Shown piece by piece: positions 27,480-41,860 of a DNA stretch of 64,000 nt. Under the pieces are notes generated by a model. It did no database searches. It was not told the origin of the DNA and saw nothing but the letters and a program-made list of their open reading frames with translations. The translations under genes were made by a program, and so were the position numbers. This stretch comes from the human T2T-CHM13v2.0 reference genome, Homo sapiens: the NCBI RefSeq assembly GCF_009914755.1, contig NC_060936.1; one strand, 5' to 3'. Within the stretch, counting starts at the first letter, position 1. Each line of letters begins with the position of its first letter.

Positions 27480-27802
27480 TACTATATAATTCCATTTATA
27501 AAATATTCTAGAAAACGTAAACAAATCTATGGTTGCAGAAAGCAAACAAAAGTTCCCTGGGAATAAGGTTAAGGAAGAATGGAATAGAAGACTTACAAAG
27601 TGATATAAAGAAATTTGGGGGGGTTTGATGGATGTGTTCATTATCTTGGCTGGGATGATGGTTTCACAGATGTATAAATAGGTGTCATTAAATTATCCAC
27701 TTTAAACATGTGTGATTTATTGTAAATTAATATTTTCAATAAAGCTATAAACAAAGTAGGATCCTATTTGTTAGAAATAAAACATTTTATAATCACATTA
27801 CG

Positions 27803-28092
27803 CAGCACTTTTCTAAGCATGTTACTCAGAAGTAATGTCCCACAGATTTTAATATGTTTTACTGAAAAAGAAAATTCTGTGGTTTAATAATTGAAATAGT
27901 CTGGATTAAACGCAGTTAATAGATTTGTTTTGGGCAGGACTTCTGGGAGATTTTAATATGCCAATATGCATTGTGAAATTTCAATAAGGGAATATTATTG
28001 AGTACTGTATTTCCCTAATTTGATCAGAAATTTTCTTCCAAGATGATTTTACAGGATTAACATTCCTCGGGCTTTTTATTTGGAAAATGCTG
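27803..28092. mobile_element. MER103C-like hAT-Charlie fossil
   Basis: ctggattaaac...gcaggacttctgggagattttaatatgccaatatgcattgtgaa...tttggaaaatgctg. Confidence 0.65.
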
Positions 28093-28172
28093 GCATAAAG
28101 ACATTGTGATGACTTAACAGTAAATACAGTCGATGTGGTAAGAACTTTGGACTCTTTTTTCATGAACTATTA

Positions 28173-28349
<177 letters not shown>

Positions 28350-28729
28350 CTAAATTCAAGCATTGGAGCAAATTGCAAATTTTAGAAAGACTTTAAAAAT
28401 GTGTTCACTAAATTAGTAACTGATTGCTCTCCAGTGAATGTTTTGCATGGGATCTTTTTTCTTTTTTTAATTAATAGACTTCTTTTTTTTTTCTTTCAGC
28501 AGTTTTAGGCTTACAGAAGAAATGAGTAGAAAAGTAAAAAGAATTCTTTTATCTCCTTTACCCCTTCCCCGATTTCCTCTATTTATTAACACCTTGCATT
28601 TTGTAGTACATTTGTTATAATTGATGAACCAATATAGATACATTATTATTAACTAAAGCTCACAGACTACATTAGAGTTCACTCTGTGTTATACATTCTA
28701 CAGCTTTGGACAAATATATAATGACATGT

Positions 28730-29036
28730 GGCCAGGTGCTCATGTTTGTAATACCAACAATTTGCGAGGTTGAAATGGGAGGATCCTTTGAGCTCAGGAG
28801 TTCAAGACTAGCCTGGGCAACATAGCAAGGCCATGTCTTTACAAAAAAAAAAGAAAAATAAAAAATTAGCCAGGCATGGTGGTGTGCAACTGTAGTCCTT
28901 GCTGCTCAGGGGGCTGAAACAGTAGGATCATCTGAGCCCAGGAGTTTGAGGCTGCAGTGAACCATGATGGCACCATTGCACTCCAGCCTGGGCAACAGAG
29001 TGAGACCCTGTCTCTAAAAACTCAAAACAAACAAAA
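28730..29036 (+). mobile_element. AluJ (Jo/Jr-like)
   Basis: gggcaacatagcaag...gagtttgaggctgcagtga...gagaccctgtctc. Confidence 0.93.
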
Positions 29037-30465
29037 TTACATATGTCTACCATTACAATGTCATGCAGAATAGCTTCATTGCCCCAAGAATCCCATGTAT
29101 TCCAGTTTTTCATCTCTTCCTGCCTCCCCCAACCCCTGACCTGTTTCACCGTCTCTGTAGTTTTCTCTTTTCTACAATGTCATATAGTTGGAATCATTCA
29201 ATATATAACCTTTCAGATTGGCTTTTTTCATTTAGCAACGTGCATTTAAGTTGTCTCCATGTTTTTTCATGGCTTGCTGGCTTGTTTCCTTCTATTGCTG
29301 AATAATATTTCATTATACAGATGAACCACAGTTTATCCATTCATCTACTGAAGGAAATGGTGGTGGCTTCCAAGATTTGGCAATTATGAATATGGTTATT
29401 ATAAACATTTGTGTGCAGGTTTTTGTGTGAACGTAAGTTTTAACTTATTTGGGTAAATACCAAGGTATGCAATTGCTGGATCATGTGGTACAAATATATT
29501 TAGTTATATAAGAAACTGCCAAATTGTCTTCCAAAGTGGCTGTACCATTTTGCATTTCCACCAGCAATGAATGAGAGTTCTTGTTCCATATTCTTGTCTG
29601 CATTTGGTGTTGTCAGTGTTCTGAATTTTAGCCATTCTGATAGGTGTGTACTGGTGTCTCCTTGTTTTTGTTTGCAATTCTTTAATAATATATAATGATA
29701 AGCATCTATTCATAGGCTTTTTGCCATTTGTATATCCTCTGTTAAGGTGTCTGTTCATATCTTTTGGCCATTTTTAAATTGGGTTATTTTCTTATTGTTG
29801 AGTTTTAAAAGCTCTTTATATACTTTGGATACTAGTCCTTTATTAGACATCTGTTTTTGCAACTGCCTTCTCCCACGCTTGGCTTGTCTTTTCATTTTTT
29901 TAACAGTGTCTTTTCCAGAGCAGAAGTTTTAGATTTGAGTTAAATCTAACTTATCAATTTTTCCTTTCATGGATCATGTTTTTGTGGGGTATCTAAAAAG
30001 CCATTGCCAAATCTATATTTTGTCATATGTTATCTTCAAGGAGTTTCATAGTTTTGGGCTTCCATTTAGGTCTAATGATCCATTTTGAGTTAAATTTGGG
30101 GAAGGGTATAAGGGCTGTAGTTAGATTCACTTTTTTTTCCACGTATATGTCCAGTTATTCTAACACCATTTGTTGAAATGACTATCCTTTTTCCATTGAA
30201 TTGCCTTTGCTCCTTTGTCAAAGATCAGTTAAATATATTTGTCTGTTTCTGGGCTCTCTATTCCATTTCATTGATTTCTTTATCAATTCTTTCACCAATA
30301 CCACACTTTCTTGATTACTGTAGCTTTATAGTAAGTTTTGAAGTCAGTAGTGTCTGTCCTCTGATTTTGTTCTTCTTCAATATTCTGTTAGCCACCCTGG
30401 GTCTTTTGCTTTTCCATATAAATGTTAGAATAAGTCTGTTGATATTGATATCCATAATAACTTCC

Positions 30466-30755
30466 TTTTTTTTTTTTTGACAGATTCTCACTCTGTCACC
30501 CAGGCTGGAGTGCAGTGTGTAATCTTGACTCACTGCAACCTCTGCTTCCTGGGTTCAAGCGATTCTCCAGCCTCAGCCTCCTGAGTAGCTGGGACCACAG
30601 GTGCATGCTACTACACTGTTAATTTTTGTACTTTTTGTAGAGATGGGGTTTTTCCATATTGCCCAGGCTGGTCTCAAACTCCTGACCTCAAGTGATCCAC
30701 TCGCCTCAGTCTCCCAAAGTGCCAGGATTACAGGTGTGAGCCACCGTGCCCGACC
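30466..30755 (-). mobile_element. AluS (Sz/Sx-like)
   Basis: Antisense Alu with ctcctgacctcaagtgatcc; TSD aacttcct. Confidence 0.95.
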
Positions 30756-31569
30756 AACTTCCTGGGATTTTGACATTGAACCTAAAGATCAAGATGGAAA
30801 GAATTAGCATCTTGACAACATTGTCTTAAATATAGGATCATTAAATAAATGAATCATGCTAAGTACCATAACTTCCTTCTTGTAGTTTTTATTGCCCTAC
30901 TTTCATTCTTTCTCTCTCTACCAAGACTTTTTCCAATATGTTCTTTTTTCTCCCATCATTTGCCTTTTTGCACTTTAAAACATGATTCCTGCCCAGAAAT
31001 TAGACAGATTTCTCATTAAGTCAAACAAATGAGAAGGTCAGGGATAAGATGGAGAGAATAGAGGTAGCAAGGATAAGAAGGAATGTTGTGGAATGAATAA
31101 TATGTGCTCCATTGCCTACACAAAGCCTTAGCATCTTGCATAATGCCTTGCCAAGGGACTTAGTCAATATTACTTGAACAAATGCATGAGTGACTTGTAA
31201 ATATGACATGTTAAACATCCATCAGTGACAAAATAGATGGTATTTTGATGACATAATTACCATATGATATCTGTGGATGGATCTATGACTTAGGGATTAG
31301 ATTTTCTTCTCACCCAAGGAGTTTTTGATGAGATCTCTTAAAACTTTGCAATGATTTTCTCATTTCGATTAATTGTTTTCCTCTGTAATATACTAAGGAT
31401 CCATCCTTTTCTCCTACTAAGTGGTAAAGTTGGGCCATCCAGGATGATGTTCTTGCAAAAAATCCTAAAGAAAACTTAGAAGTAAAGGAGGAAGGTACAC
31501 AATAGATGAAACTTCCCAGCAATGTAAAAAAAGACATCATCCTTTCAGCAGGCACATATATTGAGTTAA

Positions 31570-31750
31570 TAACAAAACTAACATCTTAAAATTGTACAGT
31601 GCTATCTGTTTTCCAAGGCACTTTTCACAGATGTAATCTTACTCAATCGTTTCAAAAACACTGTGAAGGAGAGACTAAGTGATCTGCCCAAAACCACAAA
31701 GTGGCTGGCACTGTCTCAAGCCCAATTCCCACTTATTCTTTTCCCTACCT
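31570..31750 (-). mobile_element. MIR remnant
   Basis: gcacttttcaca...aacactgtgaag...taagtgatctgcccaaaaccaca. Confidence 0.55.
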
Positions 31751-33524
31751 TCGAGCCTTCAAATTATGTAGCTATCACAAAGTCATGCGTCCAGTAGATA
31801 AGAACTATATATTAAGGGCCCAGATGAAAATGTTAATTTTGAACTATTCTCATATTGTTTCCTCTCTTATGCCAAGAAAACTTATGTGTTTCTCCGTTTG
31901 GTTGGCAATTAAACTTCTTACAACTTCAGAGTAGTGAAAGAAGAATTGACCATCCTGTGCAATGAAACAAAACAGGACTTGTCTTTCTATTTTTGAGAAG
32001 AATGAGGCTTATGTAAATAAGAAATTTTGAGATCTGGGGGGAAAAAAAGGCATGTATTTATCCCATACGACTTGTCCTCCCATGATCCTCAACTCTGCAC
32101 TGAGCTTCATTGCTAGAGTGAATCATGGCTCAAAATTACAGGAAATCCCAACTACAAGAAGTGAAATGTGCTCAACAAACATATGTGTAAGTATATTTGT
32201 ATCTGTGTGAATATGCAACATACAGCACTAAGTTCTAATACTGAGAAGGCTGTGCTTTTATGCAGAGCAGAAAAAAATAAACAACTATAGATAGTTGTAT
32301 ATTAACTGTTTAAAGTCAAATGGAGGTGAACTATAAAAATAGAATGTTTAAGTACTTGAAAAAATAAAACCAGGTGTAAGTTTTAATGCTTTGAGATTGA
32401 CTTGACTTCTACTCTTCTCACATTATGGGACAAAAACAATTGATACCTTTGGGCAAAGTGTTATAAAAATGGTATACTAGTTTTTGAGAACTGGATTCTA
32501 GGCCCGGATCCACTACTAAGAAACCGTTTGTAATTAGGTACAACACCTGATGTTTCTGTCTTAGCATCCTCACTTGCAAAATGGTCGGTTGTGACTAAAA
32601 TCTTTTTCACCTCTGATTTTCTATCATTCTAAATTACTTTTTAAGGCCTTCCAACTAGTAATAGAAACATGCCTGATGTGCAAAGAACTTTTTCATTAGA
32701 GTGTGGTGCTCTCTCCTTCCTACCATGCTGAAACTGTGAATTATGTACATAAATAACATTTTGTGAAACAGAGAATACTCGATCTAGAAAGATTAGATAT
32801 CAATAATGCAAACTCATTTCACATACAAGCGAATTAAGACCCAGAAAGGGCAAGTGATTTTTCCTTATTAAGAACGTATGTTTTCTTCTTTTCACACTTA
32901 TTTTAAATGTTTAAACACCTTCACTTCATGTATGTGAATAGGCACTAGGTAGAGATCTATCTTATAGTTGATCCTTTCACTGTAAGGAAATTTAACTCAT
33001 TGTTTTTTCATTGATTCCTTAATATTACGTGTTCTACTAAAAATGTTTTCAAATAATGAAACACATCATATCAAATGACTGTATTGCACTAAGCTTACAA
33101 GGCACTTTTTATATATAGTACCTCATTTAATCTTATTCTAGCAATGGTGAATTAGGATAGGCACATATAGAGCATTATTACTATCTTCTGCCTCTACTAA
33201 GACTGAGAAAATGCATATTCATGACCTTTCAGTATTGCTGGTAAACAAAAGTTATAAAATTAATGTTCCTTGACCCCAGGGAGCTATGTCTCAGATATAT
33301 AGCTAGATAGGGAAGAGAGTAATTCACAGTATGTTCAATGAAACAGGCCTTTGAAATGTCCAGGATGATTTCAGTGTAACAGAAAAAGCTCACGACACTT
33401 GAATCATAAACGTGCTGAATCAATTAAAAATTTTCTGAAAAAAGGTAGGACCAATATGCATATAAATTTAGATTGCATTCTTTGGATGCCATCAGTTCAG
33501 TATCTTGACTTTGACACTACCACA

Positions 33525-34180
33525 TTTCTTAAACTTTGTATTGAAGCCTAACCTACATACAGAGAAGTTCATAAATAACAAGTGTATAGCTGGATGAGTT
33601 TTGACGAGGTGTACAGCTCACATACCTAGCACCCAAATCAAGAAAAAGAACTCGTGTAGTGTCCCAGAACTGCACTTCTGTGCCCTCTTCTGGTTATCAG
33701 ACCCTCCCAAAACAATCACTGCCTGTTTTTGAATTTTATGTAAATAGAATAATCCAGTAACTCCTTCTTTTGCTCAACATGATATTAATATTTCCGAGCT
33801 TCATCTATATTGTGTGTGTGTGGTAGTTTGTGTAGTCTCATTGCTGTGTAGTGTTCAATTGCTGTGTAGTTTCAATCTACTTGTCCATTCTAATGTTGAT
33901 GGGCATTTGCATAGTTTCCAGTTTCCGGCCAGTAGGAATAGTGCCCTTATGAACATTCATATACATGTTTTTTTGTGAATATATATGCATTTTTTACCCT
34001 TGCTGTACCAGTGGTATGTATATATTCAATTCAGCTTTAGTACATAATGAAAAGTGGTTTTCTGAAATGGCGTTCCCACCAGCAGCGTATGACAGTTCCA
34101 GTTGTTCTATATCCTTGCCAGGACCTGTTATTACCAAAACGCTTAATGATGTTGTTTTTATTTGTATTGTATACCTGTAG
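33525..34180 (-). mobile_element. L1ME-type 3' end
   Basis: acatacagagaagt...aagtgtatagctggatgagttt...gcacccaaatcaagaaa...gttgatgggcatttg...ttcccaccagcagcgtatga. Confidence 0.8.
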
Positions 34181-34965
34181 TTTTTAAAAAGTGACTTTGA
34201 AACAGCAAGCTTTTATATAAGAAAGGGAAAAAATTAAGTAGGGGGTGAGAAAAAATAAAAAGTGAAATAATCCAATTAATCTTGCGGTACAGCTAGATAT
34301 GCTAAATCTGTCCTGACTCAAAGAAAATTTTGAGAAAGATACAAAACATATGGAATCATTCTAAGTATGCTGTTTGTATGAGAAAGCACTGAGTAATATA
34401 ATTGGTTTAATGTGTGAGTCAGAATCAATGTACAATTTTTAGCTGAAGAGTTCTGATACTAGTTTGGAAGATATGTGAGTTCAGGAGCATGAGGAAAGTT
34501 TGGATACTTTGAAGGGTATGGGGAATAATTTCCCTACACTGGGTAAATGAAGCTCAGAAAGGATTCATTTTTGAGATGTTCACAGTTAGGATTTCTATGT
34601 AGTTTATAATGTGAAAATAAATGGGCAATATTAGCCTAATAAGCTATCAAATGTTGATTGTTTGTGACCCCAGATGCCACAATTCTTTCCTCGTTCCCTA
34701 ATAGAATACAAACAATGTAATTTACAAGGGAAATCAGTAAAACAAAGGATAAATCTATAGCTCATGTTATATTTTGGTTTATAGAAAAATTACAATAATT
34801 ACGGGTCATTTACTTTGTTTTTTAAATTTAGAAATGATGAAAAGCTGTAGTTGACATAAGAGTGATTCCTCCCTCAAAGTGGAAAGCCCAGACGTATGAA
34901 AATCCAAAGAGCTATTTGGTAGTGATGGTGGTAGGAAACCTCAACCTTGCAAACCCAAACCTACT

Positions 34966-35381
34966 CTTTTCTTTTCTTTTTTCTTTTCTTTCCTTTTCTT
35001 TTCCTTTTTCTCTTTTCTTTCTTCTTTCTTTCTTTCTTTCTTTCTTCTTTTCTTTCTCTCTCTTTCTTTCTTCTTTTTCTTTCTTTCATTTATGTATTAG
35101 AGACAGGGTCTCACTCTGTTGCCCAGGCTGGAGTGCAGTGGCGCAATCATAGCTGACTTCAGCATCGAACTCCTGGGCTCAAGCGATCCTCCGGCCTCTG
35201 CCTCCTGAGTTCCTAGGACTCCTAGGCACACATCAAAATGCCCAGCTACTTTTTTTTTTCCTGTAGAGATGGGGTCTCACTATGTTGCCTAGGGTGGTCT
35301 CAAAGTCCTGGGCTCAAGGATTCCTCCCACCTCAGCCTCTCAAAGTGCTGGGATTACAGGCATGAGCTACTGCACTCGGCC
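34966..35381 (-). mobile_element. AluJ with an expanded (TTTC)n-type tail (~34966-35090)
   Basis: Antisense Alu from gagacagggtctcac; ~125-bp pyrimidine microsatellite tail; TSD ttgcaaaccc. Confidence 0.95.
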
Positions 35382-36049
35382 TTTGCAAACCCTTTCTAAC
35401 TGGCTCCACCAGTTTTCTATTTTTCCTATCAGCTGATCTCTAATCACCTTATATCTGGATTGTTACCAACATCAACTTCTCCATCTCCTACCTATTGCTG
35501 TAAAATTTTTCTTCAGAAAAAACAATGCAAAGATATGCCCATATCTAGGTGATATATTTTGTCACCTAGAAATCACCAACTTCTAGTCATGCATTCTTTT
35601 ATGCAAAAAACAGTTGTTGATTCCTATATAGAAAAGTCTGAAGATAACAATATTTTATAATCACCAATGTAATCTGATGAATAAAATGCCCTCATATAAA
35701 ATTAACATGAAGCCTATAAAATAGCTCTTTCTGCATATCTCTCATTATAGATTAAATTTCTATCTGATGGGAGAAGTTGTGTGAGATATTACTTCTGAAT
35801 TTCTTGAGAGTATGAGGACTTAGTGAGCCAAATAAGAAAATCATTCTCCTCCCTTGTGTGTAGAGAAGTGACTCATGTCTGCATTGCATTCAGATAAGAC
35901 TGTAAACTCCTAGTGGAAACTAACCTTCTGTGTATTAGTCATCTCACAATATCCAATACAATGATACACATATGAAGTTATATAATGATAATCATCTGAT
36001 TATTTGTTAAATAAACTTAAAAAGACAACAATAATAGCTAACTTTGATT

Positions 36050-36240
36050 GACTATGTTCAGGCTATCAATCAATATACACGCATTTTTATTTTCACATTT
36101 ATTGTTAACAATATCCCTAGATAATGATCCCTGGGGATCTTTATCCCCAAATACAGATGAGGGAGCTGAGGATCTGATAAGGCAACTTGTCCAAGGCCGC
36201 TTGAACCCAGTTCCGTCTGTGCCCTTAGTCACCATGCTTT
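36050..36240 (-). mobile_element. MIR remnant
   Basis: tatccccaaatacagatgagggagctgagg...acttgtccaaggcc. Confidence 0.6.
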
Positions 36241-36509
36241 CCCGAAAGAAAGTGCCCTTGGCAAAAAAATTTAAAAATCAAAAAAAGGGGAGAGTGTTAT
36301 CACAAGGGCTGACTGATCATCAACAAAAGACATTTTTCAATTTCCACCTCAACCACTGGCCACTGAAAGCCCCGCAGTAAATTAGACACCCACTTTGAGG
36401 CATTCTCCCATTCTCCTGACCACATTATCATGATAACAGAGTTTTTTTTTTTTGGTCTCCCATCATCTCAGGAAGAAGTCATGTTCTGCAAAGAAAAGCT
36501 TAGTTGAAA

Positions 36510-36721
36510 TGAGAACACTTGGACACAGGAAGGGGAACATCACACACCAGGGCCTGTTGTGGGGTGGGGGGAGGGGGAGGGAAAGCATTAGGAGATATAC
36601 CTAATGTAAATGACAAGTTAATGGGTGCAGCACACCAACATGGCACATGTATACATATGTAACAAACCTGCACGTTGTGCACATGTACCCTAAAACTTAA
36701 AGTATAATAATAAAGAAAAGA
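36510..36721 (+). mobile_element. Short 5'-truncated L1PA (PA4/PA5-like) 3'UTR insertion
   Basis: gagaacacttggacacaggaaggggaacatcacac...gtgcacatgtaccctaaaacttaaagtataat; 20-bp TSD aaagaaaagctt(a/t)gttgaaa at 36490-36509 and 36722-36741. Confidence 0.97.
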
Positions 36722-37446
36722 AAAGAAAAGCTTTGTTGAAAAGATATACAGCACCAGGCTTCCTCAGTGAGAATTTGTCTCCTATAAGGACTAAGGCCAA
36801 AAATGGAGACGACAGCCTAAGTTCTGAGGCTAAACCTCAGGACCTAGATTATGGATTGGCATGAAGGTCCATCTCTGCATTCAGAACAACAAATATTTAA
36901 AATGCAAAATACAGTAAATAAATTTCATGGATATAGGGGCAGGAGGCGTTAGTACATAATCCACCACAATCTTAAAATGTTAGTCCCCATAACTGGAATC
37001 CAAACAAAATTTTATGACAGTTCAAAGACAATACTATTTGAGCAGGTGTTCAACCTTCAAGCACCCTGCTTAGGCACTCCTTTATAATACTGTGCCCCTA
37101 GGCTCTAGGTCTATTTAGGAAAAGTGATTAAAGACAAGTTCTTCCCTGAAATTAGGGACTGGGGATCACAGCCACTGAGGCCTTCTGTCCCATGAGCAAA
37201 GACTGGGCAATGAAGCCTCAGCTGTTTCACCAAATCATATAATTGGAGTTGTTATTTTACTGATTAATGACACTTTCCTATTTCCATCAAAGTCAGTCAG
37301 AAGGAAGTAGATTTAAACTGCAAGAGGAATGATTAGGTACTTAAGTGAAAAAAAAAAAGTCCTAAAATTAGCAACTATTGAAAATAGTCACCATTTATTG
37401 AGCATTTGCTTTTGGTCCAGCACCATTTAGGCACTGTTTTCTTCTC

Positions 37447-37775
37447 TTTTTTTTAATAGACAGGGTCTCACTCTGTCACCCAGGCTGGGATGCAGTGGTG
37501 TGATCCTAGCTCACTGCAGCCTTGACCTTCTGGGCTCAAGCAATCCTCCCACCTCAGCCTCCTAAGGATTGCTTGAGCTCAGAAGGCTGGAATTACAAGC
37601 ACACGCCACCACATCTGGCTAGTTTTTTTAAATTTAAATTTATTTATTTATTTATTGTAGAGATGGGGTCTCACTATTTTGCCAGGGCTGGCCTTGAACT
37701 CCTGGCCTCAAGCAATTCTCCCACCTCAGCCTCTGAAAGTGCTGGGATTACAGGCATGAGCTACTGTGCCTGGCC
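37447..37775 (-). mobile_element. AluJ with an internal inverted duplication, inserted in a MIR (~37380-37910)
   Basis: Antisense AluJ; extra segment at 37565-37586; TSD ttaggca. Confidence 0.95.
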
Positions 37776-37939
37776 TGTTAGGCATTTTCTAAGACATACG
37801 TTAATACTCATAAGACTCTGCATGAGTAAGTACTTCTCCTTTTTTTGGATGAGGACATTGAAACTTGAAACAGTAAGAATTTTGTTCAAGCTCAGACTTG
37901 CCACACAAATTGGTCAAAAAGTCATATTCTTTTTACCAC

Positions 37940-38550
<611 letters not shown>

Positions 38551-39390
38551 ACTACACAAACCTGCCTTGAATTCTCCTTCAATAAAAACCTTCTGAAAAG
38601 TAAGATCATTAGTTCACAGAATCACAGAAACATGACAGCTCAAATTTTCAGTGGCTGCGTGATCACCCACATCCCCAACGTACAGTAACACATTCCTGGT
38701 TTGTCTGAGCTGGTGAATACCCTGATGGGTGACCAATTCCATGACCACACAATTCCTGAATGCTGGGAAACTCTCTACTTGCTAACCTGTCTCCTTTCCC
38801 CTCCAAGTTATTTCCTGAAGTCAATTCTTGCCACCGAAGAACAGTGAAACAAGCCCCTCACTACAACTAAGCGTGGCCACTGTGTATTGCACTTGCTGGC
38901 TGTGCAAATTGAAGCCATTCTTCACTAGCTGAAGGTTGCAGGTTGTAGCTACTCAATTTCTGGATGCAATTAGGTGTGAAAAATAGGAGGGTGAGGAATT
39001 TCTAGATTAAGGATTCTTTGTTCACACCTCAAGGGCATAGTAAATGACTCCTATTCAGTATCACAGTGTCCCAGATCCTCTGCCCTTGGATATCTCTCAC
39101 ACCCCAGTCTTTGTGTGCATGAAAGGAAGACTTGGTGTAGTCACTGTGGAGGTAAGTAGCATGGCTCCCACACCTATGCGAGTGTTCCCTTCGGCTGCTT
39201 TGTGAGGCAGCTTTCAAAAGCAATGCTGCCATGAATGACGCCCAAGGATTAAGGGAGGATGTGTTGCAAAATGGACATGATTTGCATTGTATCGACCCTA
39301 GCATTGCCAAACAAAAGATGACTGCAGGCTCCCCACTGCACCACACACTTTCTTTTTAGTGGTAAAGTGTTTTCCTGCAAAAATGGTATA

Positions 39391-39719
39391 CAGATGCTCC
39401 TCCACTTACCATGGGGCCACGTCCCATAAACCCATTGTAAGTTGAAAATACCATAAGTCGAAAATAAAATAGTTACTATATCAAAGCTACAGAATATCAT
39501 AGCTCAGCTTACCCTATCTTTAATTGTGCTCAGAACACTTACAGTTAGCCTTCAACTGGGCAAAATCATTTAACACAAAGCCTAGTTTATAATAAAGTGT
39601 TGAATAGCTCATGTAATTTATCTAATACTGTACTGAAAGTGAAAAACAGAATGGTTGTATAGGTACCATGGTAAAGTCCAAAAATCATAAGTCCAACCAT
39701 CTTAAGTTGCGATCAGCTG
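39391..39719. mobile_element. MER47A-like Tigger MITE
   Basis: TA|cagatgctcctccacttaccatgggg...gtgctcagaacacttac...actgaaagtgaaaaacagaatggttgta...ctg|TA; TA TSDs. Confidence 0.88.
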
Positions 39720-39727
39720 TATACTTC

Positions 39728-40051
39728 ATTTATTATGATTATTATTATTGCTTTTTTCTTTTGTGAGACAGAATCTTGCTCTGTGGCTCCCAGACTGGAG
39801 TACAGTGGCATGATCTGGGCTCACTGCAACCTCCACCTCCTGAGTTCAAGCGAGTCTTGTGCCTCAAACGCCTGAGTAGCTGGGATTACAGATATGCACC
39901 ACCATGACGGGCTAATTATTTTTGTATTTTTAGTAGAGATGGAGTTTCGCCATGTTGGGCAGACTGGTCTCAAACTCCTGGCCTCATGTGATCCGCCCGC
40001 TGTGGCCTCCCAAAGTGCTGAGATTACAGGCATCAGCCACCGCTCCTGGCC
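39728..40051 (-). mobile_element. AluS (Sz-like) with (TTA)n tail
   Basis: Antisense dimeric Alu ending ctcctggcc. Confidence 0.95.
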
Positions 40052-40194
40052 TCATCTATATATTTCCCATCTTTGATAATAAGGTAATTGCAGAAAGGAA
40101 ACAAACAAATGAAACGTAATGTGGAAATAACTGATATAATTAATTTTCTGAATGTCTGAAGCCTGGAAGCCTGTAAATATAATCCTATACTTGT

Positions 40195-40320
40195 CCATAG
40201 CAAGTTCCCAGAGGTTAGTAGTTTTGTCATTTATTTCTCTAATCCTTGCAGTTTCCAACTCAGTAATTGGCACTTAGTAGGCACTCAGAAAAGGTGAAAA
40301 TGAGTAAATGAATTGAATTA
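40195..40320 (+). mobile_element. L2 3' terminus
   Basis: tggcacttagtaggcactcag...tgagtaaatgaattgaa. Confidence 0.6.
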
Positions 40321-40496
40321 CCCCAATTGCTTGATTCAAAAGAAAAAAAGTAGAAAAAATAATTGTTTAATAAATAGACTTTCACCAATTTCAAACAAGA
40401 CCTCTTCTCGGATAAGATTTAGGAATATTCTATAAAATCCAGCATGACTATTAGTGCTATGGAAATACAATATTCCATTTAAGATTTTTAAGTAGG

Positions 40497-40893
<397 letters not shown>

Positions 40894-41860
40894 TTAGAAC
40901 TAAAAATACATTGACACCCTAATTCATGATTATTTTAAAATAAGCAGAGAAAAAAGAAACACATATGCACACATGGCATCATCCCAAATGCATGAGGATG
41001 TTAAAGATATTTCCAATTAATATTAAACAATATTTCTGACATAGGTGTTCATGATATTTCAAGTGCAATCTGAGGCCATGAGATTTTCGGCTGGCAGCTT
41101 CCATGAAGATCTGCTCATGAGCCCTCTCCCTCTTCATTTAATAAGCAAGGGAACTTATTATAACCTTGAGGGTGCAGTAACAAGCTAAGGTGACACAAGA
41201 AGTTACTGGGGAATTCAGGACTGAAACCAAGTTTCCTGGTTTTCAGCACAGAACCCCAAGTTGTTTATCTCCAGAGTTGACCTTCCAGCTTTTCCAGACC
41301 AAATCAGCCCCACTCCTGTTGACCTGAGGAGCCCCTTCCAGGGAATCAAAGAATCAGCCTCATTAGAAACAGGGCATTTTTGTTGTTGTTTGGTTTTGTT
41401 TTTCCTGAAAACCATTGCTTCATGCCATTCCTTCTTGGAGCTTTGGCTGTAATACATTTGCCTCTAGCAAACAGAGATCTTATTTCTGTTCACACTGAGC
41501 AAGATTACATGGCGACTCTTTGAAAGTGAACCTTGAAAGGAAGGTTTGCCTGATAACCACATGTGGATAATGAATAGAGCAGTAGCTTTAACAGTGAATT
41601 AATCCTTCAAGAATCTCACTTGAAGTTCACCAGGCTTTTCTTCTATTATTTAAAGAACTTTTAAAGGTTTAACTAAATCATTTATGGAACATTTCCCATT
41701 ATGTTTTAGCATGATACAATTTCTTAAAAAGGCAACTCAACAGAGCTAATCAAATTAGATTTTCTTAAAAGGCAGAGTAATGAAGTTATGGGAATAAGGA
41801 AAAAACAAAAACAAAAACAAAAAAATGCTTCATCCAGGACCCAGACTCCAGCTATAGCTG

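Larger units (their letters stand above)
28460..30825 (-). mobile_element. L1MC1/L1MC2-type 3' end plus ORF2 end, split by two Alus
   Basis: gcagttttaggcttacag...tacatttgttataattgatgaacc...; aactgccaaattgtcttccaaagtggctgtaccattttgcatt; ORF 29504-29758 is a decayed ORF2p C-terminus (TLIHCWWKCKMVQPLWK). Confidence 0.92.

Noticed and set aside
29504-29758. ORF resembling a real protein (TLIHCWWKCKMVQPLWK)
   Set aside because: Decayed C-terminus of L1 ORF2p inside the L1MC element.
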